Source: an uncultured Acidobacteriota bacterium
GTDB lineage: Bacteria; Acidobacteriota; Terriglobia; Bryobacterales; UBA6623
Direction: 5' to 3'
NCBI GenBank assembly: GCA_963817465.1
Contig: CAWFOP010000022.1
Span: 586,152-650,151 of the forward strand
DNA: 64,000 nucleotides
Shown here: one piece after another, positions 47,575 to 57,926 of the stretch
Layout of the letters: each line of letters starts with the position of its first letter
Numbering within the stretch: the stretch's first letter is position 1
Position numbers and translations under genes: made by a program
Notes under the pieces: generated by a model
What the model saw: the letters and a program-made list of their open reading frames with translations, nothing else
Told to the model about the DNA's origin: nothing
Databases searched by the model: none

Positions 47575-50217
47575 CTACGAATCCTCCACCATGCGCTCGC
47601 GCGCCAGATGCGACTCTTCGCGCCGCATCCGCTTCACCGATACGAACAAGAACAACAGGAAGGCCGGCACGGGCGACAACGCCACCGCCGCGAGCTTGAT
47701 CGAGTTCTCGATGTTGCGAATCGACGCCTCCATGTCCGAGCGGCTGCGCTCGATCCGGCGCTCCTTCTCGTCCTCGATGTTCTTTCGCGCGACCGTCAAC
47801 CGCCGGTTCTCGATCTTCTGCTCGTTGGCGATCATAATGCGCTTGGTCTGCAAGTCGAGGTCATCGCGCGCTTGCAGGGCCGCGACCGCATCGTCCAGCC
47901 GCTTCTGCGCCCCTTTCAACTGATCGTCGGCGTTCTTCTCGGCTTCGCGCGTGTCTTCGAGCCGTGCGTCTTCGTAGTTCTTCGTCAGCGACTCCACCGT
48001 GGTGAGCGTGCGGTGCTTGCGACGGTGTTTGCGCAGCTCGATGAACGACTCGTCGCCCGCCAAATCGTCGACCGCGTTCAGCAAGAACGCCACGTTGTCG
48101 AACTGCAAGTTTTCGACGCCTTGCGCGCGGAGTTGAAAGAACTGCTCGCCCATCAAGTCGACGTCCGCGATGATCGTCGCGTTGGGCCCCGCTTCGCCCT
48201 TGCCTTTCACGCGGGCCGCCATGACATAGGTCTTGTCGTCCGGCTCGTGCGGCAGATTTGTCGCCAGTTGCGGGCCGAAAATCGAGTTCTGCACGAGCCG
48301 GAACCATAGCGTCGTCGCTGACTCGGACCCGGTCGTCAGCAGCGGGATGAACTCCGTCTCTGCGCCTTCTTTGTGATTGAGGACGCCCGGGTAAAGCGTG
48401 ACCACCTCTTGCAAGCCCGAGCTCACCGGGCTGGCGGCGTTGAAGCCGCCGTCGCCGTTCTGCGCGCTCACGAACACGACTTCCGGCGGCAGAGCCCGAA
48501 ACTGCGGGTGCGGGTTGTACTTGTCCCAGGCGATTTGCTCGGTCGGCCACTCAACGCCTAGCGGCTCCAGCAGGCCGGTGATGTCGGCGGGATGCTTCTG
48601 CGGGGCCTGTTGCTGCATGAACGGGCTGGGCGGCGTCTGCTGCGGAGACTTTTCGATGTCGAAAGCCGGCAGCGGATCCACCATCAGCAGCGTCGGCTTG
48701 CCCGACTTGACGTATTCGGCCAAGCGCGCCACGTTCGCCTGGTCGAGCGTGTGCGGCAGCACCGCGATCAGCACGTCGAGATCCTTGGGGTAGTCGCTCG
48801 CGGCCGAAACGTTGACGACGTCGTATTGCTTGCGCATCTCCGGAACGATCGACCATGGGGCGGTTCGGCGGCGGTTTTGAAAATCAAAGCCGCCGAACAG
48901 GTCGACGCCCGTTTCGAGAACGCCGACTTTCTTGCGCTCGGCCTGCGCCACGACGCGGATCGACCGCATCAGCTCGTACTCGACAGGCAGGCCAGGGTCG
49001 AAGAAATCGATCACAAACTCTTCGGAGCCGCTGTTGAATGCGACGCCCATGAAGATCTCGTCCGGCCCTCCGGCCGTGCGCTCGAAAACCGGCACCGGAC
49101 GCGGCCGGATGTTGTAGCGATCCTGCGCCTCGCGCGCCTGCTCGGTGTATTTCTCGGTGTCGATGACGCGCGCGTGAACGGCGCCGCCGCCGATCGAGTC
49201 GAACTCGCGCAGCATCGCCACGATGTTGTTGCGGGTCTCGAGATAGCGCCGGGGCACTTGACGGCTCAAATAAGCCTGAATGAAGACCGGTTTCGCGGCG
49301 TCCAGGCTGCGCAGTAGTTCGCGCGTCTTGGGCGAGAGCGAATGGATCTGCTCCGCCGTGACGTCGATGCGGCCGCCCAGCCGCGCCGCCAGCACCGTGA
49401 CGCTCGCCACCGCGACCACCAAAGCCAGCCCGCGCGCCCAGTAATGGCGCGCCAAATGCGGCGCGGTTTCGCCCGTCGGCCAATGCCGGCGCCCCAGCAG
49501 GGCCACGTTGAGGTACAGCATCGCCGCCGTGAAGGCCGCGAAGTACAGCACGCCCGACAGCGGTATGACGCCCGCAGCGAAGTCCCGGAACTGTTCGACG
49601 AACGAAAGACTTTCGAGCAGCCTCTGCAATGGTCCCGAAACGATCGCGCTCGCGTGGGCGATGAACACCGGCGCCGCGCAGAGCAGAGCCCCCACGATGA
49701 ACGCCACGGTAAGATTCGAAGTCAGTAGCGAACCGATCATGCCCAGCGCGATCAGCGCCGCGCCCATCAGCCAATACCCCACATACGTGGAAAACAGCAG
49801 TCCGAAGTCCGGCGATCCGAGAAACAGCAGCACCACGACGTGGCTCAGCGAGAACACCAGCGCCACGGTGTAGATCGCGAGCATCGCGCCGAACTTGCCG
49901 AGCACGATGTCGCGGTCGGTCGCGGGCAGCGTCAGCAGCAGCTCGTCGGTGCCGTTGCGGCGCTCGTCCGCCCACGCGCTCATCGTGATCGCCGGGATGA
50001 ACACCACGAGCAGATACGGGATGTAGTCGTTGAGCGGATCGAGATTCGCCAGGTTGTTGAGGAAGAACTGCTCGCGCCAGAAAGCCGCGATCGCGCTCAG
50101 GAACACGAACAGCGTGATGAAGACATAGCCGGTCGGGTTGGAGAAGTAGCCGATCAGCTCGCGCTTGAGAATCGCCTTTGGCAGGGTCCAGGTGGATTTC
50201 GCTGCGGCCGACTGCAT
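47575..50217 (-). CDS. ABC-2 permease (GldF-like) fused to GldG-like auxiliary domain, C-terminal coiled coil + TM
   Basis: ~880 aa. Six N-terminal TM segments (ELIGYFSNPTGYVFI...), a large extracytoplasmic domain, and a C-terminal anchor. ATG overlaps the ATPase stop (TGATG); TTG 50220 is also possible. Confidence 0.8.
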   Translation of the reverse strand: MQSAAAKSTWTLPKAILKRELIGYFSNPTGYVFITLFVFLSAIAAFWREQFFLNNLANLDPLNDYIPYLLVVFIPAITMSAWADERRNGTDELLLTLPATDRDIVLGKFGAMLAIYTVALVFSLSHVVVLLFLGSPDFGLLFSTYVGYWLMGAALIALGMIGSLLTSNLTVAFIVGALLCAAPVFIAHASAIVSGPLQRLLESLSFVEQFRDFAAGVIPLSGVLYFAAFTAAMLYLNVALLGRRHWPTGETAPHLARHYWARGLALVVAVASVTVLAARLGGRIDVTAEQIHSLSPKTRELLRSLDAAKPVFIQAYLSRQVPRRYLETRNNIVAMLREFDSIGGGAVHARVIDTEKYTEQAREAQDRYNIRPRPVPVFERTAGGPDEIFMGVAFNSGSEEFVIDFFDPGLPVEYELMRSIRVVAQAERKKVGVLETGVDLFGGFDFQNRRRTAPWSIVPEMRKQYDVVNVSAASDYPKDLDVLIAVLPHTLDQANVARLAEYVKSGKPTLLMVDPLPAFDIEKSPQQTPPSPFMQQQAPQKHPADITGLLEPLGVEWPTEQIAWDKYNPHPQFRALPPEVVFVSAQNGDGGFNAASPVSSGLQEVVTLYPGVLNHKEGAETEFIPLLTTGSESATTLWFRLVQNSIFGPQLATNLPHEPDDKTYVMAARVKGKGEAGPNATIIADVDLMGEQFFQLRAQGVENLQFDNVAFLLNAVDDLAGDESFIELRKHRRKHRTLTTVESLTKNYEDARLEDTREAEKNADDQLKGAQKRLDDAVAALQARDDLDLQTKRIMIANEQKIENRRLTVARKNIEDEKERRIERSRSDMEASIRNIENSIKLAAVALSPVPAFLLFLFVSVKRMRREESHLARERMVEDS

Positions 50218-51065
50218 CAAACCTGCTCCTCACTCTCGGATTCGGCCGGGCTCTCGGGATCGAGCGGCGTCGCCGTCGCGGTCGCGTCCTCCGACGGCAG
50301 CACTTGCGTCGGAGCTTCCGACATGGCGTCCGGCAGGCGGCGTTTGCCGGTCAGACGATAGAACGCCTCTTCAAGGCCTTCATCGCCCGCCATCTCGCTG
50401 GGCGTTCCGTCGAAGACGATCAGGCCTTCGTGGATCATGATCACGTGGTCGGCAACGGCCTCCACCTCTTGCAGGATGTGGGTCGACAACAGCACGGTCT
50501 TCGATTCGGCAAGTTGGCGGATTAGGGATCGCACGTCGCGAATCTGATTCGGATCGAGGCCGCTGGTCGGCTCGTCCATGATCAGAATGTCGGGCTCGTG
50601 CAACAGCGCCTGCGCCATGCCGACGCGCTGCCGAAAGCCTTTCGAAAGCTTGTGAATGCTCTTCTCGAGCACGGTGTCGAGGTGGCATTGCGCGACGACG
50701 GCGTCGATGCGGTCCCGCATCCGGCCGTTCGCCAGCCCGCGAGCTTCGCCGAAGAAGCGCAGCAGCTCGAGCGGCGTCATCTCGGGATACAGCGGCCCGT
50801 TCTCGGGCAGGTAGCCGATCCTCTGCGCCGCCTCGATGCGGTCGGCGGCCACGTCGAGGCCGGCGATCTTCGCCTTGCCCGCCGAGGGGGTCAGATAACC
50901 CGTCAGGATCTTCAGAGTGGTGGATTTGCCGGCCCCGTTGGGTCCGAGAAAGGCGGCCACCTGTCCGGTCGGAACGGAAAATGAAACGTCCCGGATGGCG
51001 GCGAAGTGACCGTAGATCTTACTCAGGCCGAGGGCCTCGATTGCGACAGAGCCGTTCGAGTCCAT
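50217..51065 (-). CDS. ABC transporter ATP-binding protein (GldA-like)
   Basis: 282 aa. Walker A GPNGAGKST, signature LSKGFRQR, Walker B ILIMDEP. Acidic C-terminal tail. Confidence 0.92.
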   Translation of the reverse strand: MDSNGSVAIEALGLSKIYGHFAAIRDVSFSVPTGQVAAFLGPNGAGKSTTLKILTGYLTPSAGKAKIAGLDVAADRIEAAQRIGYLPENGPLYPEMTPLELLRFFGEARGLANGRMRDRIDAVVAQCHLDTVLEKSIHKLSKGFRQRVGMAQALLHEPDILIMDEPTSGLDPNQIRDVRSLIRQLAESKTVLLSTHILQEVEAVADHVIMIHEGLIVFDGTPSEMAGDEGLEEAFYRLTGKRRLPDAMSEAPTQVLPSEDATATATPLDPESPAESESEEQV

Positions 51066-51103
51066 CGTGTGAAATTCAAGCCTTCAGTACGTTGGAAATA
51101 CCA

Positions 51104-51122
51104 GCCCCGTCAATTTCGGGGC
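51104..51122 (-). terminator. weak hairpin downstream of the POT transporter gene
   Basis: GCCCCG/CGGGGC stem with a 7-nt loop. A T-rich run follows on the minus strand (TGGTATTT). Confidence 0.3.
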
Positions 51123-51217
51123 AACATGCGGGAAATGTCTCTTACATTGCTCGCCAAGAGCCCATATTAGCGGAAACGGCCGAGCCGCTGAAAATCGGCG
51201 TGAGTTCTCGCACTTTT

Positions 51218-52693
51218 TCAGCGCACGCCGCTCATCTGCTTCTTGATGATGGGCGTCAACGCGATGACCAGCACCGCGACCGCCAGGTTGGTGACCGTCA
51301 CGTAGGCGAACAAGTTCGGCAGCGGCAGCGCCTCGAACAACGAGGCGATTTCGCCGCCGAGGTAGTTGCCTATCGCCGCCGCCAAGAACCAAACGCCCAT
51401 GATCTGTCCGACGATCTTCGCCGGCGCCAATTTCGTCATGACGCTCAGGCCCACCGGGCTGAGGCACAGTTCGCCGAGAGTGTGCAGCAGGTAGGTCGCC
51501 ACCAGCCAGTTCGGGCTGACCAGATTATCTCCGCCGTGGGTCAACTGCGCCGCCACGATCATCACCGCGAATCCCGCCCCGACGCCCAGCAGCCCGAGAC
51601 TGAATTTCGCCGGGCTCGACGGCTGCCGATCGCCCAGACGGATCCACAGCCAAGAAAAGACCGGCGCGAAGGCGATGATGAACAGCGGGTTGAGCGACTG
51701 GTACCAGGTTGACGGGAAGTCGTAGCCGAGCACCGCGTTGTCAGTGAGACGGTCGGCGAACAAGTTCAGGCTCGAGCCCGCCTGCTCGAATCCCGACCAG
51801 AACAGCGCCGCTACGCAGAACAGGATGAAGATGCTGACGCCGCGCCGTTTTTCGACCGCCGAAAACCCGCTGCCGACGTACAGCGACGCGATGAAGATCG
51901 CGCTGCCGCCGGCCAGCAGGAACAACCGCTGCATTGAAGACAACTCGAGCAACAGCGCCGCCAAAATGACTGCCACGCCCAGCAGCCACAACACGCCGCT
52001 TACAGGGTTCTTAGGTCTTCCGGCCGCCGCCGTCGTCGATTTTTGCGGCTTTTTCCCCGCGTCCCCGAGCCGATTCGAGGTCAATACATACTGAATCAGA
52101 CCGCAAACCATGCCGACGCCCGCCGACGCGAAGCCCCAGTGCCAGCCCACCTTCTGTCCCAAGGTTCCGCAGACCAGCGGACTGATGAAGGCTCCGATGT
52201 TGATCCCCATGTAGTAGATCGAAAAGCCCGCGTCGCGTCGATTGTCATTCGGTCCGTAAAGCTCGCCGACCATGGCGCTGATATTCGGCTTGAGCAGGCC
52301 GGTGCCGATTACGATCAAGGTCAACCCGAGATAAAAGGTTCGATCGCCCGGGACAGCCATTGAGAAGTGGCCCGCCGCAATCACAGCGCCGCCGATGAAA
52401 ACCGCCTTGCGAAGGCCGAGAATCCGATCGGCGGCCCAGCCGCCGGGAAGCGCCGCCAAATAAACTCCCGCAGTGTAGAGTCCGTAGATTCTGCCGGCCG
52501 TCGCCGCTGACATCGCCATGCCGCCAGCGGCCCGCGGCGCCGCCATGAAAAGAAACAGCAGCGCCCGCATCCCGTAGTAGCTGAAGCGCTCCCACATCTC
52601 CGTGAAGAAGAGGGTGTTCAGCCCCTTGGGGTGCCCCCCGATGCCGCCGGTGCTCAGGTCAGCGGCGCTCGATGGGGCGTCTCGTTCGGTCAT
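51218..52693 (-). CDS. proton-dependent oligopeptide transporter (POT/PTR2 family)
   Basis: 491 aa. Signature FFTEMWERFSYYGMRALL. 12-14 TM segments. Confidence 0.92.
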   Translation of the reverse strand: MTERDAPSSAADLSTGGIGGHPKGLNTLFFTEMWERFSYYGMRALLFLFMAAPRAAGGMAMSAATAGRIYGLYTAGVYLAALPGGWAADRILGLRKAVFIGGAVIAAGHFSMAVPGDRTFYLGLTLIVIGTGLLKPNISAMVGELYGPNDNRRDAGFSIYYMGINIGAFISPLVCGTLGQKVGWHWGFASAGVGMVCGLIQYVLTSNRLGDAGKKPQKSTTAAAGRPKNPVSGVLWLLGVAVILAALLLELSSMQRLFLLAGGSAIFIASLYVGSGFSAVEKRRGVSIFILFCVAALFWSGFEQAGSSLNLFADRLTDNAVLGYDFPSTWYQSLNPLFIIAFAPVFSWLWIRLGDRQPSSPAKFSLGLLGVGAGFAVMIVAAQLTHGGDNLVSPNWLVATYLLHTLGELCLSPVGLSVMTKLAPAKIVGQIMGVWFLAAAIGNYLGGEIASLFEALPLPNLFAYVTVTNLAVAVLVIALTPIIKKQMSGVR

Positions 52694-52925
52694 TGGTTGG
52701 CCTCGCGGTCTTGCTCGATCCTATGTAAAACCAATCGGTTGGCGCTAACCACGGGGCGCCCGACGAAGTCTGATTATATATGCCTTCCCGCTAGGGCCCG
52801 CGCCGCCCGGTTCAAGCCGCCCGGCGAATCGGAAACACTATGAGAAGATAGGCTTCCGCCTCGACTTTCCGGTCGGATGTCCCTTGCCGGCGCGAAGGGC
52901 CAAGTCGGAACGTGAATCTGGCCGG

Positions 52926-54194
52926 ATGAGCGCAACCCCACCACAACCTGTGGCCGACGAGCAGACCGCCGCTCCGCAGCCCGAGGGTGCGCTGCGGAAA
53001 ACTTTCCGCGCATTCCACTACCGCAACTTCCGGCTCATGTGGGGCGGGGCGTTCACCTCGACGACGGGCGCTTTCGTTCAAGAGGTTGCGCAGAGCTGGC
53101 TGGTCTATGCGCTCACCAACGACCCCTTCCTGCTCGGCTTCACCGTCTTTCTCAACAACGGCCCCATCCTGCTGCTGTCTCTGTTTGGAGGCGTCGCCGC
53201 CGACCGCATGGACCGCCGCAAGCTGCTGATCTTCTCGCAGGTCGTGCAGATGTCGTCGGCGGCCGCCCTTGCGTTCCTCATCTGGAGCAACCAGATCGCA
53301 ATCTGGCACATCCTTGTCGCCGCTTTCTTCACGGGACTTGGGCAAGCCTTCGGCGGTCCCGCCTACCAGGCGCTCATCCCGTCGTTGGTGGACCGCAAAG
53401 ACGTTCCGAACGCCATCGCCCTGATGTCGATCCAGTTCAACCTGGCCGGCGTGGTCGGCCGCGCCGTCGGCGGAGTCGCCTTTGAAGTGTTCGGGGCCGG
53501 CTGGTGCTTCGGCATCAACGCGCTGTCATTTTTGGCTGTGATCTTCTCGCTGCTGCTGCTGCCCACGAGCTTCGTGCCGGGCAAACAGCACGCCGACGTG
53601 TTCCACAGTCTGCGCGAGGGGCTCCGCTTTACCTTCAGCCATAAGGCGATGTTCTCACTCGTCATCATGGCGATCGCGACAGCCTTTCTCGCATTTCCGC
53701 TGATGACGTTGCTGCCGGTGTTCGCGAAGGATATCTACGGTCTTGGGCCCGCCGGCTATTCGCAGCTCGCCGCATTGTTCGGCGCCGGCGGCGTCATCGG
53801 GGCGCTGTTCGTCGCGTGGATGGGCAATCGCGAGAACAAGGGCCTGCGCGCCCTGATCATGCAGGTCTGCCTGGGCGTCGCGACGCTCGCGTTCGGGCTG
53901 GTCACGAACCTGTGGCTCGCCGCCGCCTTGCTGCCGATCGTCGGCGCCGCGGTCCTCGCCGCCTTCACCTCGATCACCTCACTGGTCCAATTGCTGGCCC
54001 CGGAAGAGATGCGCGGCCGGATCATGAGCGTCTATAACATGGCATTTCGCGGATCGATGGCGCTCGGCCCCCCGGTCGCGGGCTATCTCTCACGCACGCT
54101 CGGGGTACAGGAAGTCGTGGCGATCAACGGCGCCATCCTGATCACCATCGCCGGCGGCTTCTTGCTCAAAAGCCGACAAGTTCGTACGCTCTAG
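52926..54194 (+). CDS. MFS transporter (EntS/MFS_3-like)
   Basis: Start taken at ATG 52926. FRAFHYRNFRLMWGG..., GGVAADRMDRRK loop motif. 12 TM segments. Confidence 0.85.
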   Translation: MSATPPQPVADEQTAAPQPEGALRKTFRAFHYRNFRLMWGGAFTSTTGAFVQEVAQSWLVYALTNDPFLLGFTVFLNNGPILLLSLFGGVAADRMDRRKLLIFSQVVQMSSAAALAFLIWSNQIAIWHILVAAFFTGLGQAFGGPAYQALIPSLVDRKDVPNAIALMSIQFNLAGVVGRAVGGVAFEVFGAGWCFGINALSFLAVIFSLLLLPTSFVPGKQHADVFHSLREGLRFTFSHKAMFSLVIMAIATAFLAFPLMTLLPVFAKDIYGLGPAGYSQLAALFGAGGVIGALFVAWMGNRENKGLRALIMQVCLGVATLAFGLVTNLWLAAALLPIVGAAVLAAFTSITSLVQLLAPEEMRGRIMSVYNMAFRGSMALGPPVAGYLSRTLGVQEVVAINGAILITIAGGFLLKSRQVRTL

Positions 54195-54246
54195 TGACTG
54201 CGGGCGCTCCCGCCTGTTGCTGCCGCCGCCGGCGGCAAGGGCAACT

Positions 54247-56568
54247 ATGAAAAACGCTGCAATCGCTCTGTTGCTGCTCACCCTCGCCTGTTCCTCCAGC
54301 GCGCCGCCGCCGGAAACCGAAACTTCGCTGCGCCAACTCTCCCGCAACCGCCTTGCGCAACTCGACGGCGAGATCGCCCTCCCCGGTCTCGAGCAACCCG
54401 TCGAGGTCCTGCGCGACACCTGGGGCGTGGCGCATATCTACGCCAAGACGAAACGCGATCTGTTCTTCGCCCAAGGCTTCGCCGCCGCCCAGGACCGCCT
54501 CTACCAAATCGAAATCTGGCGGCGCACCGGGGCCGGCCAACTCGCCGAGGTCTTCGGTCCGGAGTACGTCGAACGCGACCGCATCGCTCGCCTAGTGGGT
54601 TATCGCGGCGACATGGACGCCGAATGGAGCTCCTACGGACCCGACGCCCGCGAAATCGCCGAGGCCTTTACGTCGGGTATCAACGCCTACGTCGACGCCA
54701 ACCGCGACCGGCTGCCAGTCGAGTTCGAGCTGCTCGGCTTCGAACCCGGCCGCTGGCGCCCCGAAGACGTCACCCTCCGCATCGCCGGGCTGCTGATGGT
54801 GCGCAACATCGCCCAGGAGACTGCGCGATCCGAGATGGTCGCAAAGCTCGGCCTCGAGACGACGCGCCGCTTTTACCCGACCGATCCGGTGATCGACTTC
54901 GCGCCCGATCCCGACCTGGACCTCAATGGCATTGACGAGCGCGTCACGGCCGGCTACCGCGACGCCGTCTCGATCCCGCGCCTGGAAGGCAGCAACAACT
55001 GGGTGGTCTCGGGACGCTTGTCCTCGACCGGCAAGCCGCTGCTGGCCAGCGACCCTCACCGCCCGGTCATCCTGCCGTCGCTGCGCTACCTCGTGCATTT
55101 GAACGGGCCGGAATTCAACGTCATCGGCTCGGGCGAGCCGGCTCTGCCCGGCGTCGCCATCGGCCACAACGAGCGCGTCGGTTGGGGCTTTACGATCGTT
55201 CAATACGACGCGGCGGACCTGTTCGTCGAGCAACTCGATCCCGACAATCCAACTCGCTATCGCTACGGCGACGAGTGGCTCGAGATGGAAGTCGAGCACG
55301 ACCAAGTAGGCGTCAAGGGCCAGAAGGAGCCGGCCGCGGTCGAGCTCAAATTCACGCGTCACGGGCCCGTCATTTGGGAGGATGCCGCGAATCACCGCGC
55401 CGTCGCATTGCGTTGGGCCGGCCAAGAGCCCGGTACGGCGGGCTATCTCGGCTCTGTTGCGATGGACCGCGTTCAGAACTGGGACGGCTTTGTGGACGCC
55501 ATGCGCCGCTGGAAAGTTCCGTCGGAAAACATCGTCTACGCCGACGTGGACGGCGACATCGGTTGGATTCCCGCCGGCCTCGTTCCCATCCGCAAGAACT
55601 GGAAGGGCCTGTTCCCGGCGCCCGGCTGGAAGACTGATTACCGCTGGGACGGCTTTCGCGGCGTCGACGATCTGCCTCGCATTCACAATCCCAAGCAGGG
55701 CTACATCGCCACGGCGAATCACAAGATTCTGCCCGATGGCTACCCCTACGATCTGAGTTTCGACTGGTCCGCGCCGTACCGCTTCCAGCGCATCGACGGC
55801 GTCCTGAGCGCGAGCCGCGACTTCACCGTCGCCGACTTCGAGAAGCTGCAGCAAGACGAGACTTCGCTGCCCGCGCGCCAAATCATCGGGCTGCTGAAAG
55901 CCTTGCCGGAGAGCCCGGACGCCGTTGACGCCCGGGCGCTGTTGAGCGACTGGGATTTTGTCGTCGACCGCGACTCGGGCGCCGCGGCGCTGTACGAGAT
56001 TTGGATGCCGAAGCTGCTCGAGAAGTACGTCCACTCGCAGGTTCCGCCCGCGGCGCAACAGCTTGTTGCCGAGAACCTCGAGCTGCCGGTGATGATTCGC
56101 GGTCTCAGCGAGATATCCGAAGCCGAGCGCCGCTTCGTGATGCTCGAATCGCTCCAAGACGCCGCGGCCGAGGCACGCGAGCGGCTGGGCGAAAGCATGG
56201 ACTCCTGGCGCTGGGGCGACTTGCACTCGATCACCTTTGAGCACCCGCTCGCCGATACACCGGCCCGCGCGGCCGTCTTCAACCGCGGCCCGATCGAGCG
56301 CGGCGGCGACGCTTATACGCCCAATGCCACGGGCGGCCGCGACTTCAAGCAATCGAGCGGTGCGTCATACCGCCACATCCTCGACTTATCCGATTGGGAT
56401 CGCTCGGTCTTCACGTCGACGCCGGGCCAGTCGGGCCAGCCCGAAAGTCCGTTCTACGATGACCTGGCGCCGCAGTGGGGAGTCGGCGAGTACTCGCCGT
56501 TGCTGTTCACCCGCGAAGCCGTGGAGGCGAATACTTCGCACCGGCTGACGCTAAAGCCGGCGCAGTGA
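54247..56568 (+). CDS. penicillin acylase-family Ntn hydrolase (possible acyl-homoserine-lactone/beta-lactam acylase), lipoprotein signal
   Basis: Start at ATG 54247 (MKNAAIALLLLTLACSS). Autoprocessing site G-SNNWVVSG. ASDPH. ~770 aa. Confidence 0.88.
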   Translation: MKNAAIALLLLTLACSSSAPPPETETSLRQLSRNRLAQLDGEIALPGLEQPVEVLRDTWGVAHIYAKTKRDLFFAQGFAAAQDRLYQIEIWRRTGAGQLAEVFGPEYVERDRIARLVGYRGDMDAEWSSYGPDAREIAEAFTSGINAYVDANRDRLPVEFELLGFEPGRWRPEDVTLRIAGLLMVRNIAQETARSEMVAKLGLETTRRFYPTDPVIDFAPDPDLDLNGIDERVTAGYRDAVSIPRLEGSNNWVVSGRLSSTGKPLLASDPHRPVILPSLRYLVHLNGPEFNVIGSGEPALPGVAIGHNERVGWGFTIVQYDAADLFVEQLDPDNPTRYRYGDEWLEMEVEHDQVGVKGQKEPAAVELKFTRHGPVIWEDAANHRAVALRWAGQEPGTAGYLGSVAMDRVQNWDGFVDAMRRWKVPSENIVYADVDGDIGWIPAGLVPIRKNWKGLFPAPGWKTDYRWDGFRGVDDLPRIHNPKQGYIATANHKILPDGYPYDLSFDWSAPYRFQRIDGVLSASRDFTVADFEKLQQDETSLPARQIIGLLKALPESPDAVDARALLSDWDFVVDRDSGAAALYEIWMPKLLEKYVHSQVPPAAQQLVAENLELPVMIRGLSEISEAERRFVMLESLQDAAAEARERLGESMDSWRWGDLHSITFEHPLADTPARAAVFNRGPIERGGDAYTPNATGGRDFKQSSGASYRHILDLSDWDRSVFTSTPGQSGQPESPFYDDLAPQWGVGEYSPLLFTREAVEANTSHRLTLKPAQ

Positions 56569-56619
56569 AAGAAATCGTTGAGTGCGCACGAGAGTTGCGC
56601 CCGGAATCGCAAAGTAAAA

Positions 56620-57291
56620 ATGGCGAACCGTACCCCTATCCACGCAGGTCCGAGAGTCACCAAACCGACTTATGTTGCCTACGGTCTTCTCATCTTGGTA
56701 TGGATCCTTGCCTGGATACTGAAGATACGTCTTGATCCGCATATTGCCTGGCTCGCAACCAGCGCGGGGAGCTTTACTTACTGGACACTTGCCAAACTCT
56801 TCGTATGGATCTTACCGGCGTTGTGGCTCATTCAACTGTCCAACCGCAGCGTGCCAGAGGTATTCCATTTTTCCAACTGGCGCAAGTCCCTGGCTTGGGG
56901 TGGCGGGACCGGGCTTCTGATCGCGCTGACCGGTTTCATACCGAGCTACCTTCGTGGCGCTCCTCTGCTGCCAACCCAGCTCAGCTTCGCGCTTGTGAAT
57001 GTTCTCGTTGTAGCGCCGATTTTTGAAGAGTTCCTCCTGCGGGGCGCCATACTTGGCAATCTACAGAGAGAGCATTCCTTTCTTACCGCGAATTCGATAT
57101 CTTCTCTCCTGTTTGTCGGGCTTCATCTGCCCGGGTGGTATTTCATGGGTAGCCTCGTGGAAAACGCAACCAAGCCGGTGGGTGGAGCCCTGTCCATCTT
57201 CATCCTTGGCCTCTTATTTGGATACGCCATGCGCAAGTCCAATTCGGCGATAGCGGCCATGCTCGCACATCTCCTGAACAATCTGGCTTGA
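56620..57291 (+). CDS. CPBP-family intramembrane glutamic endopeptidase (CAAX protease/Abi family)
   Basis: Motifs EEFLLRG, FVGLH and HLLNN. Multi-TM. Local GC ~52%. Confidence 0.85.
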   Translation: MANRTPIHAGPRVTKPTYVAYGLLILVWILAWILKIRLDPHIAWLATSAGSFTYWTLAKLFVWILPALWLIQLSNRSVPEVFHFSNWRKSLAWGGGTGLLIALTGFIPSYLRGAPLLPTQLSFALVNVLVVAPIFEEFLLRGAILGNLQREHSFLTANSISSLLFVGLHLPGWYFMGSLVENATKPVGGALSIFILGLLFGYAMRKSNSAIAAMLAHLLNNLA

Positions 57292-57321
57292 GACACTTGC
57301 CTGTTTCGCGGCTGGAGAGCG

Positions 57322-57780
57322 ATGAAGGCTCGCGACCTGGGCGCCGTGAACTCTCCCAACCGCTTGGTCACTCAACTCGCTGATGGGAGTACGGATCCGA
57401 TCACGGTGTTGGAGCCGACTGCGGGCCTTACTTCTTTCGATTGGTCTGCCGACAGTCGGTGCTTAGTGAACTCCTCCGCTGCTGCCACGGCAGGGGGCGA
57501 AGGCGGGATCTGGTACCACGAGCGTGCTGCAGATGGTTCTCTATCCGACCCTGTGTCGTATGTAGTTACGCCTGCATCGGAAAACCAAGGCGTCCTATCG
57601 CCCGATGGGCGATACCTCGCCTACCGCTCCAATGAGCTGGGTCGGTATGAGGTCTACGTGCGGCCGTTCCCGAGCGGTCCGGGCAAATGGCAGGTCTCCA
57701 CCGATGGAGGGGTGTAAGCGACCTGGTCTGCCGATGGAACTGAACTGTTTTACAAGAATGGAAGGGCGCAGGCGTTCTGA
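57322..57780 (+). pseudogene. 3' remnant of a TolB/PD40 beta-propeller protein with an in-frame TAA
   Basis: ...LSPDGRYLAYRSNELGRYEVYVRPFPSGPGKWQVSTDGGV*ATWSADGTELFY... shows PD40-type repeats. There is no N-terminal part. Internal stop at 57715-57717. Confidence 0.6.
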
Positions 57781-57926
57781 GCGCATCCCGGCTGCTTGGA
57801 GTCGCTTCCCATAAGTCTGAAGATCGAGCGGGAGGCGTCCCCGATCATCAGCAGAAGCTGCAGGATATTCGGATGGGTGTGGGATTGCCCCGGCGGCCGT
57901 CGGCGTATGATTGCCGACGTTCATGT

